Assembly: GCA_000934665.2 (NCBI GenBank)
Contig: KZ538440.1
Span: 1-64,000 of the forward strand
Length of the DNA: 64,000 nucleotides
Direction of reading: 5' to 3'
Source: Catajapyx aquilonaris
Lineage: Eukaryota
Under the pieces are notes generated by a model, which saw only the letters and a list, made by a program, of their open reading frames with translations, had not been told where the DNA came from and ran no database searches. This document shows positions 50,648-63,976 of this stretch, piece by piece. Every line of letters begins with the position of its first letter. The first letter of the stretch is position 1. Position numbers and translations under genes: made by a program.

Positions 50648-52693
50648 CAAGGGAACGGTACTTGCTGTAAGTTGAGTTGCCCTATGACACTTGGCATAGG
50701 GCAAGAAACCACATGGTTGATGCGAAAAGTGAAGTCTGTTGCGGCTGACATACAAGAGTTTACGAGATAATGGCTTTTAAAGTTTCCTATAGCAGCTGAG
50801 GTGGTGGTGGTATTTCTCAGGATAACTAGTTATGGTATAGAAAATAGCATATCTATCATCTATTTATTTACAGTTTTTACAACCTTTATGATAAGCAATT
50901 GTGAACATTAATGATATCATGCTCGAAGCAATAATAATTTGATTCTAGATACAATATTGTTCCGTGCTTTGAACTTGATCACCCATGATGGTGATGCTTT
51001 GAAAAATGTGTTTGGATTAACAGCTCTTTTGTGTTCCAAGGCAACTGCAGTAATCTAATGTCATGAATGGTGGCATATGAGGGCCTACAAGTCTCTTAAA
51101 ATCTGCCAAAGTGCGTCTGTTGATTTCTCGGTGTGCTTCCTGTGCTATTGGCTATTCCAAACGGACCTACCCGCCGACGTAAGGCATATCGGGTTAGACT
51201 GTTCATTTGATGTCCTTTCAACTGTTTAAAACGATTGGCAACTGAAGTCCATGATTGACGATCCCCCTTTTCAAATCTTGTGCCATCATATGTGGAGTGA
51301 CCAATCAAAACGCAACAAACGCCAAAATTTTCAAAATCGAGTTATAGGTGGTAGCACGTCCTTGAGGCTCGGGTCTACGTGTGTGTTAGATTGTGGCACT
51401 ATTTCTAAATGCAATATCTACCGTGTTATAAGGGCTGGAAAATGGAGTGTTGCTTCAAAACGCAACATGTGCCCCATACCGGCTACTTCATAACGCAACA
51501 TGTGCCAAGCAGCCAATGAGAGAGTGCGATGCACAACTGTTACAAATGGCTGCCGATATCTTACCAACCCCATAGAGTAAGCTAACCAACCCACACAGTA
51601 CTACAGTAGTACGTATGTTGTTCTCATCGACTCGCTCTGACCCCGAAGGGTGTATAAGTAATAAATTTTTTTTAAAATAGCTAATAATGTTCTCATGATT
51701 AGCATTGTGTTTAGATAATAATTAGTGTCAAGGATATGGTCAAGGATATGGTATCATGGTTCCTGCTGATAGAAGAAACTAAGAATTTATCACAGTTTAA
51801 TAATACGGCCAATGATAATAATAAATCAAAAAGCAACATCTGACACATGTGCCCATTCAAAATGCAATAAGTCAAATTATGATTAATTTTTTTCTCGTGA
51901 CTAGACAATTCCTGATTTCATTAACATACACCATTAACCACCTCTGCATATGGGCATAATGTACTGCACATTTTGTTTCTTGGTCACATTCCATTTGGGA
52001 GCTATCGGTTTTTGTTGAATATCTCGAAATGGCTTTGTTGGCGTTTGTTGCGTTTTGATTGGTCACTCCACATATGTCCAGTATAGCCACGCCTTTTTGA
52101 GATACGCATCTGTCAATGCTGGGTTGGCAGAGGTTGGTTTTCTTGCGGTTCTTCACTAGAGTCATCAGAATCCCGAAAATCATCCGGCTCATCTTCTTCA
52201 TGAATATATAAAAGATATTCTATATTCATGAAGAAGATGAACTGGATGATTTTCGGGATTCTGACGACTCTAGTGAAGAACCGCAAGAAGAACCACCTGC
52301 CACAAAACCAACCTCTGCCAGCCCAGCATTGACTATGCGTATCTCGAAAAGGCGTGATATCATTGAACCCAAGTGTTCGGATTTCTTCAATGACTTCTTG
52401 GTTGTTAAGCGTATACTTGATTTGGTTGAACATTTCTGTGTATTGCTTATCATAAAGGTTGTAAACACTGTAAATAAATAGATGATAGATATGCTATTTT
52501 CTATACCTTAACTAGTTATCCTGGGAAATACAACCACCACATCAGCTGCTATAGGAAACTTGAGAAGCCATTATCTCGTAAACTCATGTATGTCAGCCGC
52601 AACAGACTTCACTTTTCACATCAACCATATCGATTCTTGCCCTATGCCAAGTGTCAAAGGGCTACTCAACTTACAGCAAGTACCGTTCCCTTG
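50648..52693. mobile_element. Tc4/Tc5-like element with CENP-B-type HTH remnant
   Basis: acTAA|CAAGGGAACGGTACTTGCTG ... CAGCAAGTACCGTTCCCTTG|TAAgt; ~255-bp TIRs; minus strand ~50944-51005 encodes FKASPSWVIKFKARNNIVSR. Confidence 0.8.
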
Positions 52694-52774
52694 TAAGTCC
52701 AATTCGAACATATTTGAACTATTTACACCACTAATGGCTGGCAGTATGAATGTGAGTTAACATTTACTGTGGAA

Positions 52775-52990
52775 TAGAGTTCGATCCCCGGATCGGACAG
52801 AGGATATTTATGTGGATAGAGTTTCGATGGGTTCTCTCCGTGTTCGCGTGGTTTTTCTCAGGGTTCTGCCGTTTCCTCCCACTATCAAAATCCATCACAG
52901 CAAAGGCCATGATTAAAGTTGGTCACTTAAAAAGATGATCCCCTAAAAAGCCCAAGGAGGCTTATCACGAGGTATCCATTATTATATTAA
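52775..52990 (+). mobile_element. 5'-truncated SINE family A
   Basis: Starts at the B box GAGTTCGATCCCC; TSD AACATTTACTGTGGA. Confidence 0.8.
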
Positions 52991-55900
52991 AAACATTTAC
53001 TGTGGAGTTAGCTGTTGATTTCATACAGATTAACTGTAGTTAACTTTAACTCATGGTCATACAACTGACCACAAGTAGCAATTTCCTGCTCAATCGTCTG
53101 GTGAAATCCATTATTTTAGTCCCCGAGATTCATAATGAGCCAGCAAGCCCGGATTTTCTGCCTTCACTAGCACTTATGCAATGGCAAGGTCAAATCTTCG
53201 CCTTTAATTATCTCGAAGAGTTTTTTTTGGATTGTGAATTTCTCCTGTATACCCACAAGATACTGTGTAATTATGGAGTCTTTAATGATACACTTTTAAA
53301 AACTTTCTCTTTTGATAATGAGTGTAATTATTGGACCTTTTATTGAGCATACTGTACAATCAACCCCAAACATTGTAAACTCTCAAGTTAATTGGTCCCA
53401 CACACTGTGCATTTTGAATGATGGTTGTGGACATGCGCAAATACAGTAGGCTACATCATCATGACCATTTTGCTACGTAGTAGTGAAGGAACTGTTGTCT
53501 ACTACAGCACAACTTTCAAACTGCACAGTGGATGCTGAGCCCAGTACTATTCAAAATGAACCTGACCATTTAGATCAGTGGTTCCCTTTTTTCCCGGCCT
53601 CTGCACCCTCAACTGCGCCCAAGGTTACGCAACTTATCCCCAGTACCCCCATTCCTGTAACTCATTGTATTGCTCTGTTCAGCACAATTTTGGGACTGAT
53701 TTTATAATGGCACTTCCTTCATGTCATTATATTTCAACTCAGTTATTTCCATTTTATACCCAAGCTTATGGAACCACATGGTTGACCAGTACAAAACCCA
53801 CAAACATAAAGTTGGTGTGATTGAAAACCTCAATTATCCTAAGTGGTCAGAAGGCAGAATAGGCCCAAGGAACTTGTACACATTTATTTACAAATTATAT
53901 CTCTTGAAGGATACAACTCTTCATATACAAAGGCGAACTTTAAATGTTAATTCCCTTAATACAATGATATGCATGACATAGGGAGAACACACAATATGGT
54001 AACTGATGTGCAAGCAGTGTTGTCCCATGGGAAAATGTCCCGTTTAGCAAGTATGGAGCCCACCTCATCCAAGGGCAGGCCAAATGCATGAAGACATCTT
54101 CACTTTTAGACACCTCTATACTCCGGTTAACATAAAAGTGAACCTTTGCCTGTACAGTGTTGGACATTAATCGCGTCATACTGCTAGTGACATTTTCCAG
54201 CGGCAGACGAACGAATGTTGCTTGCACGGCTTGCACTATCCATTACTTCGATTTGTTCTTCTGCCGCTTTGGAAAATGTTGCTAGCAGCATCACGCGATT
54301 AATGTCCAACACTGTACAAAACAAAAGTGCGAATCTGGAAAGTAATCTATAGTGTAAGTTAGAAATTTAGATTTGGCCTGTACCCTCCAGTTGGCCAACT
54401 GCTATGATTTTTACGTTGTGATTACTGCAGCCTGTGAGGTGGTGCTTTGTGGAATACACCTTCATATATTGTAGGCTCCCCTCAAGATGGATCTTTACAA
54501 CTCATTTTCATCCAAAAAATTTTGATGAAAAATATTTTTAAATGACATAAGGCATGAGGAAAAGGAGTACAGAATTCCATAGGTTGGCTGCTCTGCAACC
54601 ATCTGACCCAAAATTTGGTCCCCCTTATCTCTGCCATCCTTGACTAAACAGTGATGCTGCATGTAATTTTACTGCTGAATTATCACGCCCAAGCCCATAC
54701 AGCTGCACCATTTCTTCACCACTACTATACAGTCCTTGCGTTGTGCGGACTTGGTAGGGACCGGCAGGGCAGGCCTTGTAGGTGGCCATAATGCCATTAT
54801 TTTGCCGGTAGCCGCCATGTTGGGTCTACTTTCGGACCGCCGCACCTCCCCCCTTGGGCGTATGGATATCCATAAATATTCACACTTACGGTAATCGGAG
54901 TATAGTTGTAGTAATCCATGTTTGAAATTATTGGGCACTGAACGTGTGTGTGCCAGTGGACTTTTCTCTTTACTTTCAACTTTGAGTGCTTATGAAGGTA
55001 AAAATTAACACATTGCTGAGATGTACAATCTACTCATACCATAACAGTTTGGAGAGGTGTACAACAATCAATTTTGCTCCTGCCACAATAATTTTCAGTG
55101 GTGGTTGTTGCTAGTTTGCATCATCCCTGAAAACGTAACACAGTTTTTTTCCTATCTGTTAATCTAGTTGTCAAATCCATGTTTGGAAACCATAATTTGG
55201 CAATTTTCTCACATTACCTATGACTTTGGAAAGCACTGAAACACTGCAACAACTTTCAATGTAATTCTTATGGCAAGTGCAGATGGCAAGTTTTGAAGTT
55301 GCATTTGCTCAGCAAAGGTTAAGTTTTTTAATTGACATATGCTGACCCATAGTTGTGTATGATAATACTCCATTTAAGGGATTTTCACACTCTATAGTGT
55401 TGTGCAATCATGTATTTCATTGATGCAATGTTTTAGTAAGCAAATGATACTCACATTCCGGCACGATAAAGATTTGCTGCAAAATTTGCAGTTACAGGAG
55501 TGATTAGTGCTTGGTTGACCATATAAAACTTTAAAAAATTGCTACATCATGATTTCCAAACCTGAATGTTGCAACTCAAGTAGCGGACAAGAACAAGCTG
55601 AATGATGCAAAAAGTAATGACAGAAACAATCTCCACTGAAAATTATCTCTTATCTCTTGATAAAATTTATACTTTTGCACCCTCTTAACAAATCAAACTA
55701 CAACATTACGTAGCTATTAAAATATTTCGCACAGCACAAATCTTTGACGATGAAAATGTTCTTAATGCATAACATCTTGCACATATCAAATGCATTTCCT
55801 GTGTAGACAATTTTGCAGAAATTAGTGTGTAGAGGGGCACAAAAAGTTCCACAGCTACTTGTTGACACTAGGAAAAGGTGCCTTGAAAAACATTGCTCAC

Positions 55901-56101
55901 CTTCTCATAAATCAGCAGCATGCTTAAAACATTCCTGGATTCCAGTACAAAATGTGAATAACTCTGATAATTTAATGAACCAAATCTATTGCCACACCTA
56001 CAGCAACGACTGCTGTGAAAAGATGCTATTCCCATTTATGCTGCTTCCTCCAAGGCTGACTATGGGACATTTCTCACACCATGTAAACCATTAGAGCCCA
56101 T

Positions 56102-59100
56102 TTAGTTACTACGCATTTCTGATGGTTTCACCTCGGGTTCTGGACTGATGTGTGATTCAGACAGGGTATTCAATTCATTTTCACAACCATCCACCATCAT
56201 AGGTTCTTCCTTGGCCTCTGCACTTTCATTCAGGGCTGCTAAAATTCAACAGAAATAAAAGCATCAGATAAAACGAAACAATTTTCATTAAATTTAATTA
56301 TTTCAGCATATATTAAGAATTTTCTTACCCTGGTCGGGCATTCAATACTCAAGTGAAGTCAGACAAAGGTCAGAAAATTCTGATTACATTAGGGAGTTGA
56401 GGATTGTAGACAAAAAGAAGACACCTTACCCGGGACAATCAGGTAGTTTTTGCATCCCTGACAACATGGTGTAAAGATTTTAAACTATCAAGGATGCAAT
56501 CACACTAAATTGGTCTGTTCAGTTCAGTTCAGTTCAGTGAACACAAAGACACTGTGACCAAAAAAATATCAAGAGGAAAAGCATAAATAAAAGCATTTAT
56601 AATAAAAAGTCATTTTTACTAAACTTTTTACTGTTAATGTATCTCCATGTCTTCCAGGATCGATTTTGCAGTGGTTCACAATAATTTTTATTGGAAGTTT
56701 TTCCATTTGTTGTTTGAATAGTGAAAACTTCGGCTCGAAATTGCAATTTTTTCCCATTTGAAATCACCACTGAAGGTGCTAGGAACCTGGCAGAATTTTA
56801 ATTTAATTATTCTGGCAATGGCAAATGATGGCCACTTTTTTGATTTGTATATTTCTCACTAAAAGTAACATTTAATAAAATCAATCTCATTGCACAATGT
56901 GACATTACTATAAATTAGGTAATACAATGTGGAATCATGCATACACACATTAAATTGTATTAAAATTTATGTTAGTGAAGGGCAAAGGATATAGGCCCTG
57001 ACTTACAAACTTACCAGTAGCTTCAGCTCGTTCACTTGATGCAGCTTGAGTATCTGATGATTCCTCAAGACCATCAGGACCTTCTTTGTCTCTCTCCTCT
57101 ACTGATGCCAGTGGAACAGATGCAGAAGTTGACTGAGACCCTGATGCTTCACTGCCAGTTCCCGACTCTGAAGGCATTAAACAATAATTATTAATATTTC
57201 AGGTTTGACATAATTAGCCTTGGATATAAAATCCATCCAAGAGGTATAGGCACCCAGTTTTTGATGTCTTTAAAAATAATCAATATCATCATCAGGCTGC
57301 AGAAAATGGCCTATGAAATCTCGGATGCACGGGAAAAAGAGCATAAGTCAGAAAATGTGCAAATTGAGTTATGTGTCCTGTTATGCCAGTATGGGCCCAA
57401 GGAATCCCTCTTGGTTCTGCCAGAAGGCTGCATGTCAAGCCCTAAAACCAGGCTAGGAAAAAAATGTGCAAGCAAGGGTATATCATCTTCACAAGAAGTC
57501 CAGTATTTAAGATAATCTGCTCTCCTGAAATATTAACGTTTTTGACTATGCTCTTTTTCCCGCACATCCGACAAATGTCAGCTAATAAGTCAAATGAATA
57601 CAAATCCATGCTGGATCGTGTTTTAGTTATTAGCTTTGTTTCAACCTGCCTTGCTCTCCCTTATAATTTGTGATCGTTTGTTGTTAATTTTCTTTGCAGT
57701 AATCACCAATTGCCTGCCCTTCAAAATATTTTAAAGCTTGTTCTCCAAACACCTAGTCCTTATGAATCATTCCTCGATCATTTTCTCGATGTGCCAAGGA
57801 GGCATGAAGGGCTTATGTCAAGTATTCGCTGAATCAATTAGGAAACAGTACCTTTGGGAGATTTTGAGGTGATTATAGGCTGGAATAACCCTTTGTGTTG
57901 GTGATGCTGTATGGCTTTTTGCTACCACAACAGTACTGTCCATTGCTGTGGCCCTGCCAGGCACGGTACGTCGCCCGTGAGTGATATTTTTAGTTTTTGC
58001 GGAGCAGGGCGCTTATTGTGGGTTTGTATACGCCTACAATGGGGTCCTCATTGTGCGCCTCAGGCCAACGAACGTTACTGTGGCTTTGCCAAGCGCAAAG
58101 TTTACCTTCACACAGTCCGTTAAATCAACGAACGACATGACATCACGATCTGCCTACTTCCACCAGGCTCTCCCCTCCAATAATGTCCACGACTCACTCT
58201 GCAGACATACTACTGCACATGCTCAGAAAACACGGCTGATGTTCCATCATGTCGTTCTTTGGGTTAACGAACTGCATTAACCCTCATGGCGTTCAAATTT
58301 GCCACCTCCTTCATTATGACCATGGTCCCAGCACTCATCTGATCGGTTCACATGGCAGAGGTGAGAAGACGCCGTTTGTTGTGCTCTCCCAGCAACCGAT
58401 TGTTTGCGCCGCGTAGCCAACATGTTTGGAGCCCACCCCGTCGCCCCAATCCCGCCGCGTCGCTAGGTGAGGATAAAAGGTAGACTTTCCCTGAAATGAG
58501 GGTGAGTCTTATATGTCATCAAATACGCTAATTCAAGAGATTGCCTTGAGATTTCTGCAGCTTCATGAACTGGATGAAAGATTTGCCTTCCTTACTCCAT
58601 CACGACTTTTGGATGCTGGATATGATTGTGATTTAGAATATGCTCTTAATGACATTGACAAGGAAGAGTTCGAAATTGAAAGGAAAACCTTTATAGTTTC
58701 ATTGCTGTTTCAAAGGAACAAGTTGGGATAATAATGAATGAAGGTCCCCTTGAACCCCTGAACTTCATTCAACAGCTCAGTCTAGGACTCGAGGTATATC
58801 AGTGCCAAATAATAATGTCATAATGTTGCAGATTTTTTTAACAGTCGGAGTTAGTGTTGCCAGCTGTAAGAAGAGCTTTTTGAATCTTAAATGAATTAAA
58901 AGTTATCTATGTTCCACTATGAGCACTTGGAGGTTGGGTAATTTGACTATATTGTCAAATCAAGAATTGACTAATCAAATTGATTCTGACAGTGTGATTA
59001 TGATTTTGCTGCCCAAAAAGCAAGGAAAATAAAATTGTCCTGGCGATGAATATATGAAATAAACATATGACCTTTACTTTGACCTTTTTCCAAGAGTAGC

Positions 59101-62100
59101 ATTTTGATCTTAAGATTTTTGCCTGCAATTAATAACATTAAATGGTAATTGTAGGGGCGGCAAATTTTAGATCCGCCTCGGGCACTCCTAACCCTCACTA
59201 CGCCCCTGGTTCCAAGTACATGCAAAATTCTATAAGTCGAACTTCCCTAAGTCGAAGTTCTCTGTAAGTCGACGAAAATGATGAACTTGGTTGGTCACAA
59301 TGTAAAATAATAGGAAATAAACTTCCCTAACTCGAAGTTCTCCATAACTCGAAGTGCTGGCAGGGCCTTACAATGGGATATCAATGCATTTTCAGTCTCC
59401 CTAAGTCGAAGTTCATGTTGGTGAGTACGAAAAATTTTCTCATTTCCTGATATCCGTCTACCAGCCATACCGAACGAAGTGCTTGACTCGATTGTGACAA
59501 TTGAATCCTTGAATCTAAGAGTCGGCAAATGTCCATAATAGAGATTTTTTTACACCAAAACAACGAGGAACATAAGTTTGATAGTGACAGTTAGTTTTAA
59601 GTTTTGAACACCTTTCGTCGCTGGATATAAAGGTAGGCTTCCTTATTATATAGAGTTCTGCGCTGTAAAAAATCCAAACTTCTCTAACTTGAATTTTTTT
59701 CCCGGTCCCATGGAGATTCAACTTATAGAAGTTTCACTGTACATTAGTTCTTTTATAGGAAATTTCGCTCATAGCTGGGTTTTTTTTTGTACCTTGCGCC
59801 CCTAACCAGGTGCCCTGATCTATAGAAACTGCTAGATTTGACCACCTGAGTGTAATGGGGTACCTGCATTGGGCCACAACCAGCTACATAATAATAACAA
59901 ATAACAACGTTGGTCAATATTAGCGAAAACTAAAAACGACCCGCAAACTTGGAAAACGATGAATATTTTTAAATGAGCCATTACTAATGATATAGAATCA
60001 AGTCTGACCTTCAGTGTCCTCCTCTGAAGATGAACTTAGATTTCCATCTCTACCACCCCTACCTCCAGTCGGCAAACGTGGAGCGTGTGGGCGTTGCTTC
60101 CGTGCCGGATTCCAATTGTGGCAGTAGCAACATCGAAACGCTAACAAATGTGAACATAAAAGGTCACTTTGTAAGTCACCAATATGTTGACACTGTACCC
60201 ATGCAATATTGACATCTCCAAGTTTGAAAAGTGAGATGTTGCATGCAAACTGTACCTAAATACTCAAATTCTTCCTTGAGTGCCATTCCATTGTGAGATT
60301 CACAATGCTGACAAATCAAGGCATAGCGGTTGTTGGGACCATCGCCAACCAAGTATTCAATCATCTTGTCTGTCATACTTCGCTCACGAGGCAGAATTGG
60401 GCGGGGCATGGGGGGGCCTGGAGTTCGCACTGCAAAATAAGAACATACTGCTTACATCTCTGGTACTGGTAAGGTCGTAAGTTCATAAAGTCAGTTGTCC
60501 TGAAAGGCTCCAAAAATGCCTAAAAATAAACAAAACCTGCAAGGTGCAGCACCAAATTTAATAAGGGAAACTGAAAATCATTTTTGAGGTTCCCTACTAG
60601 AGAGATTGGCATGATATTGTTACTACATAGTATGGGGATGTACTAGAAGGTAGGCACCTCAATATTGCATTTTCATGATATTGGCAGGTGTAAGACAAGC
60701 TCCTCATTGTGCTGATCCAGTTGTAACCCAATATACCAGGTGGCCTGCATCAATGGGTAAATACAGGGAGTCCCACTACTTACTTTACCCGCCATTTTTT
60801 AAATAACTGTAACACAAATGAAGATATTGCAATGAAATTTGAACTGAACTAACCTCATTATATATAGGAAAGGAAATGGCATCACAACATGGGCTGGACA
60901 TGGCCACCATTTATGTCCATGCAGGCCTGAACACGACGCTCCATATTTTGGAAGGTCCTGGCCAGCATGTCCTGAGGCACTGCCTGAATTTCTTGGATGG
61001 TGTTTTCTTTCAAGGTGTTGATGGGTCGTGGTTTACACTTCCCACACCATCATGGCTGAAATTCAGTCCTTTTTTGGCACCCAATTCATTTCAAAGGGAC
61101 TTTGGTCACTGCATTTGCCTGATCTGACGCCGCCTGATTACTTCTTATGGGGCTATCTGATAGTGTGTTTGTACCGAAACAAACCACGACCCATCAACGC
61201 CTCAAAAGAAAACATCATCCAAGCAATTCAGGCAGTGCCTCAGGGCATGCTGGTCAGGACCTTCCAAAATATGGAGTGTTGTGTTCAGGCCTGCCTGGAC
61301 GGAAATGGTGGTCATTTCCAGCCCATGTTGTGATGCCATTTCCTTTCTCACATAATGAGGTTAGTTAAGTTCAAATGTCGTTGGAATATCTTCATTCGTG
61401 TTATAGTTATGGGAGAAATGCTGGGTAAAGTTAGTAGTGGGACACCCTGTACAATAAAAACTCATTTCATGGGTCAAAGCAACAATATATTTTCAATGCG
61501 GTTCCCACCTATGTCAAAATAGGTCAAAATAACCACTAAACAGACACTTAGGTTCCAACGACCAAAATAGGCAATTTTAGGTTCTATAAAACTACGATTT
61601 TTGAGGTCCTTGTGTTATGAAATTGATAGATATTTTGGTTCCAGTGTTCTGCTACAGAATAAAAAGTAGATAAAAACCTAGAAATCCGTTCCCTAATTAT
61701 TATTAAAACTATTATTACATTCAGTCTGTATACATCAACAGCATTGAAGTACACTCCTGCTGGAGCCATGTAACATTGGTTATCTAGTTGTCTTTTTGGT
61801 TGCAATATAGTAGAGCATCGATTATCCGAAACAAATGGGGACTGGGGGTGTTCGGATAACTGATTTTTCGGATAACCAATCATTTATGAAAAAAATTGTA
61901 CCGCTGTCATAGGAGCAATACGAAACAAAGAAACAGCGATATTAAACACAAAACGGTATATTTTGCATCACACCACAGCACTAGCGACTGCTAGCGGAAC
62001 TACATGGCGCGCAAATTTGAATTTGCTGACTCGAACGCTTTCGGTTAACCGATGTTTCGATTGATCGGTATTCAGATAATTGATGCTCTACTGTAGTACA

Positions 62101-62379
62101 TTTGAGCCACAACAAAGCAACTGTGCTTGTGATGCAAAGCTTACTTGATGGTTGACTCTTTCCATTTGTCCTAGGAGCTGGAGGAGGATGGTTGGAAGTA
62201 GGCAACCGTCCTGCAGGTCCTGACACACTAGCTGTTGCTGCAGGGACAAGCCCAGGCCCTGCAGCTGATGAAGTCAGTGGATGTCGTCTCCTAAGTTCCA
62301 TCTGAGCTGCATCAGAAAGGATTGGAGTGGTACCAGCAGACCTGGATGGAACCAAAGAAGTGCTCGGCGCATTGGTGGA
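56102..62379 (-). CDS. LNPK: ER junction formation protein lunapark, 5' exons outside the window
   Basis: Exons 62379-62145, 60429-60256 (PILPRERSMTDKMIEYLVGDGPNNRYALICQHCESHNGMALKEEFEY), 60140-60009 (AFRCCYCHNWNPARKQRPHAP), 57167-57015, 56238-56102 (TAA); all junctions GT-AG, phase 1. C4 zinc finger and NPARK motif are diagnostic. Confidence 0.92.
57860..58490. repeat. Copy of the unclassified repeat at 1700-2330
   Basis: Colinear similarity over ~600 bp. Confidence 0.75.
58513..59208 (+). mobile_element. hAT transposon 3' remnant
   Basis: Decayed dimerisation domain LTVGVSVASCKKSFLNLK*IKSYLCSTMS..RLGNLTIL..DFAAQKARK; terminus ..CACTACGCCCCTG. Confidence 0.78.
59225..59739. mobile_element. 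pogo/Tigger-like MITE
   Basis: Copy of 43155-43748. Confidence 0.72.
60764..61449. mobile_element. rosa/maT-like mariner foldback (3' end duplicated) in a lunapark intron
   Basis: TA|CAGGGAGTCCCACTACT ... AGTAGTGGGACACCCTG|TA; PDLTPPDYFLWGYL..CVQACLDGNGGHFQPML*; left arm is the reverse complement of the C-terminal part. Confidence 0.85.
61810..62093. mobile_element. pogo-like MITE
   Basis: AGTAGAGCATCGATTATCCGAA ... TTCAGATAATTGATGCTCTACTG|TA. Confidence 0.65.
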
Positions 62380-62506
62380 CTGAAAAGAAGTCATGTGTAA
62401 GTAGAAGCGCGCGCACACACACATTGCCTATAAATAGCCAGTCATTGTGGTATCACTAAATATTGTCAGCTATATACAGTGGTGGCTCAAGTTCCAGTAG
62501 TGTAAA

Positions 62507-63083
62507 GCCCTGTTTCCACTGGCATAATTTTCGAGCACAAAAACAAAATTTGATGAAACGCACAAAATCAAACAAACTTTGGAATTATTCCAAGATTTTA
62601 AACTTCTCACAAATTGTGCCTGGCACAAAATGGAAATCCAAGATCGCCAACTGCGGTGGACTTCATCGGAATTATTTTGCGATAATTCTAGCACACTTGA
62701 CGGTTAAGCTAAACGATTTTTGGATGGGGGTTCAGTTTCAATAAAATACATTTGGAACTTTGGGTGCTCCCTTCCCATCTCAATTTTGTGGACACGACTG
62801 TGTGTGTGTGAAAATAACAAAAATTGTCCTGGTTGGAACAGGTGTTTAAGGTGCGTTTACATGTGAGCGATTTCATCACGCGATAACATTGTTGAGTAAC
62901 CCGAGTTACGATTGTTACTGTGATTGTTACTTTTGCTCCAAACAATTGGATTCATTGCTCAGTGATCAAATCGCTCACATGTACAGGCACCTTTATTTGT
63001 GCTGGACAAAATCGTCAAGGAAACAAAAATTGTTCTGGCTTGCATTTTGTCCAGAACAAAAATTATGCCAGTGGAAACAAGGG
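62507..63083. mobile_element. Harbinger-like MITE
   Basis: GCCCTGTTTCCACTGGCATAATTTT ... AAAATTATGCCAGTGGAAACAAGGG. Confidence 0.65.
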
Positions 63084-63528
63084 TTCAGGTACCGGTAGTG
63101 TAAGTGGGATACCCAACATTAATATGTGCTAATACAAAGTAGCATTTGACCACATGCACAGCTGGTTGGAATGGCTGATTCAGAATTTAGTTCACATCCG
63201 TATCAATGTAAAGGTCACAGACCCTCCAGCATCAAGTGGGTACTCCTGTGCCTGCAAAATTTTCCTTGGTCAAAAAAACTGAAGGCACACTTCCCAGTTG
63301 CAAAAACTTCTCCAGCTGTCCCTTTCCTCCTGCTCAGGGCACCACACCAACTTGGAGCTGCATGACATATCTGCTGATAGGTATGTGAGCAAAATTCTGA
63401 CAACCAAACTAACTCTTCTTACCCTCCTAAATTTTGAAATTTTTTGAATTTTCTAATTCTGCTTGGCCTATAGTGTTGTGCAAACATCACCTCTGCTGCT
63501 AATTTTCACGTCAAAATACAAGCGTTAA

Positions 63529-63707
63529 GGCCCATTCACACAGGCCGTCGACGGTTTTGGTTTTGGTTTTAGTTTTGGTTTTGGACCAATCAGAGCGGGC
63601 CCTCACGTAAACAACGCGTCATGGTTACCGTGAGGGCCTGCTCTGATTGGTCCAAAACCAAAACTAAAACCAAAACCAAAACCGTCGACGGCCTGTGTGA
63701 ATGGGCC
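63529..63707. mobile_element. Palindromic MITE (Harbinger- or Kolobok-like)
   Basis: TTAA GGCCCATTCACACAGGCCGTCGACGG(TTTTGG)n ... GTGTGAATGGGCC TTAA; ~80-bp arms. Confidence 0.78.
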
Positions 63708-63717
63708 TTAATGCGAT

Positions 63718-63976
63718 ATTCCGAAGCCACAACACCTAGCAGCCGGTCGCGGGTCGTAGGTCCCCGGTCGCTGTGACTGTAGGACACTCTAGGGTGGCGC
63801 GAGCAAGTAGAATATGATCTCACACGCTTCGAAATCGATTCTGTGTAGCAATTTATGAATCAAGCTTAATCAATCATTTACATATCACTGATATCAGTCG
63901 CGACGACCTGCGACAGGCCAGCTGGGACCGGCAACTCGCCACCCGCGACAGGATGCAGGTGTTGTGGCTTCGGAAT
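63718..63976. mobile_element. Small MITE
   Basis: ATTCCGAAGCCACAACACCT ... AGGTGTTGTGGCTTCGGAAT. Confidence 0.65.

Noticed and set aside
63171..63420. Upstream lunapark exon
   Set aside because: Short ORFs show no lunapark coiled-coil or transmembrane similarity.
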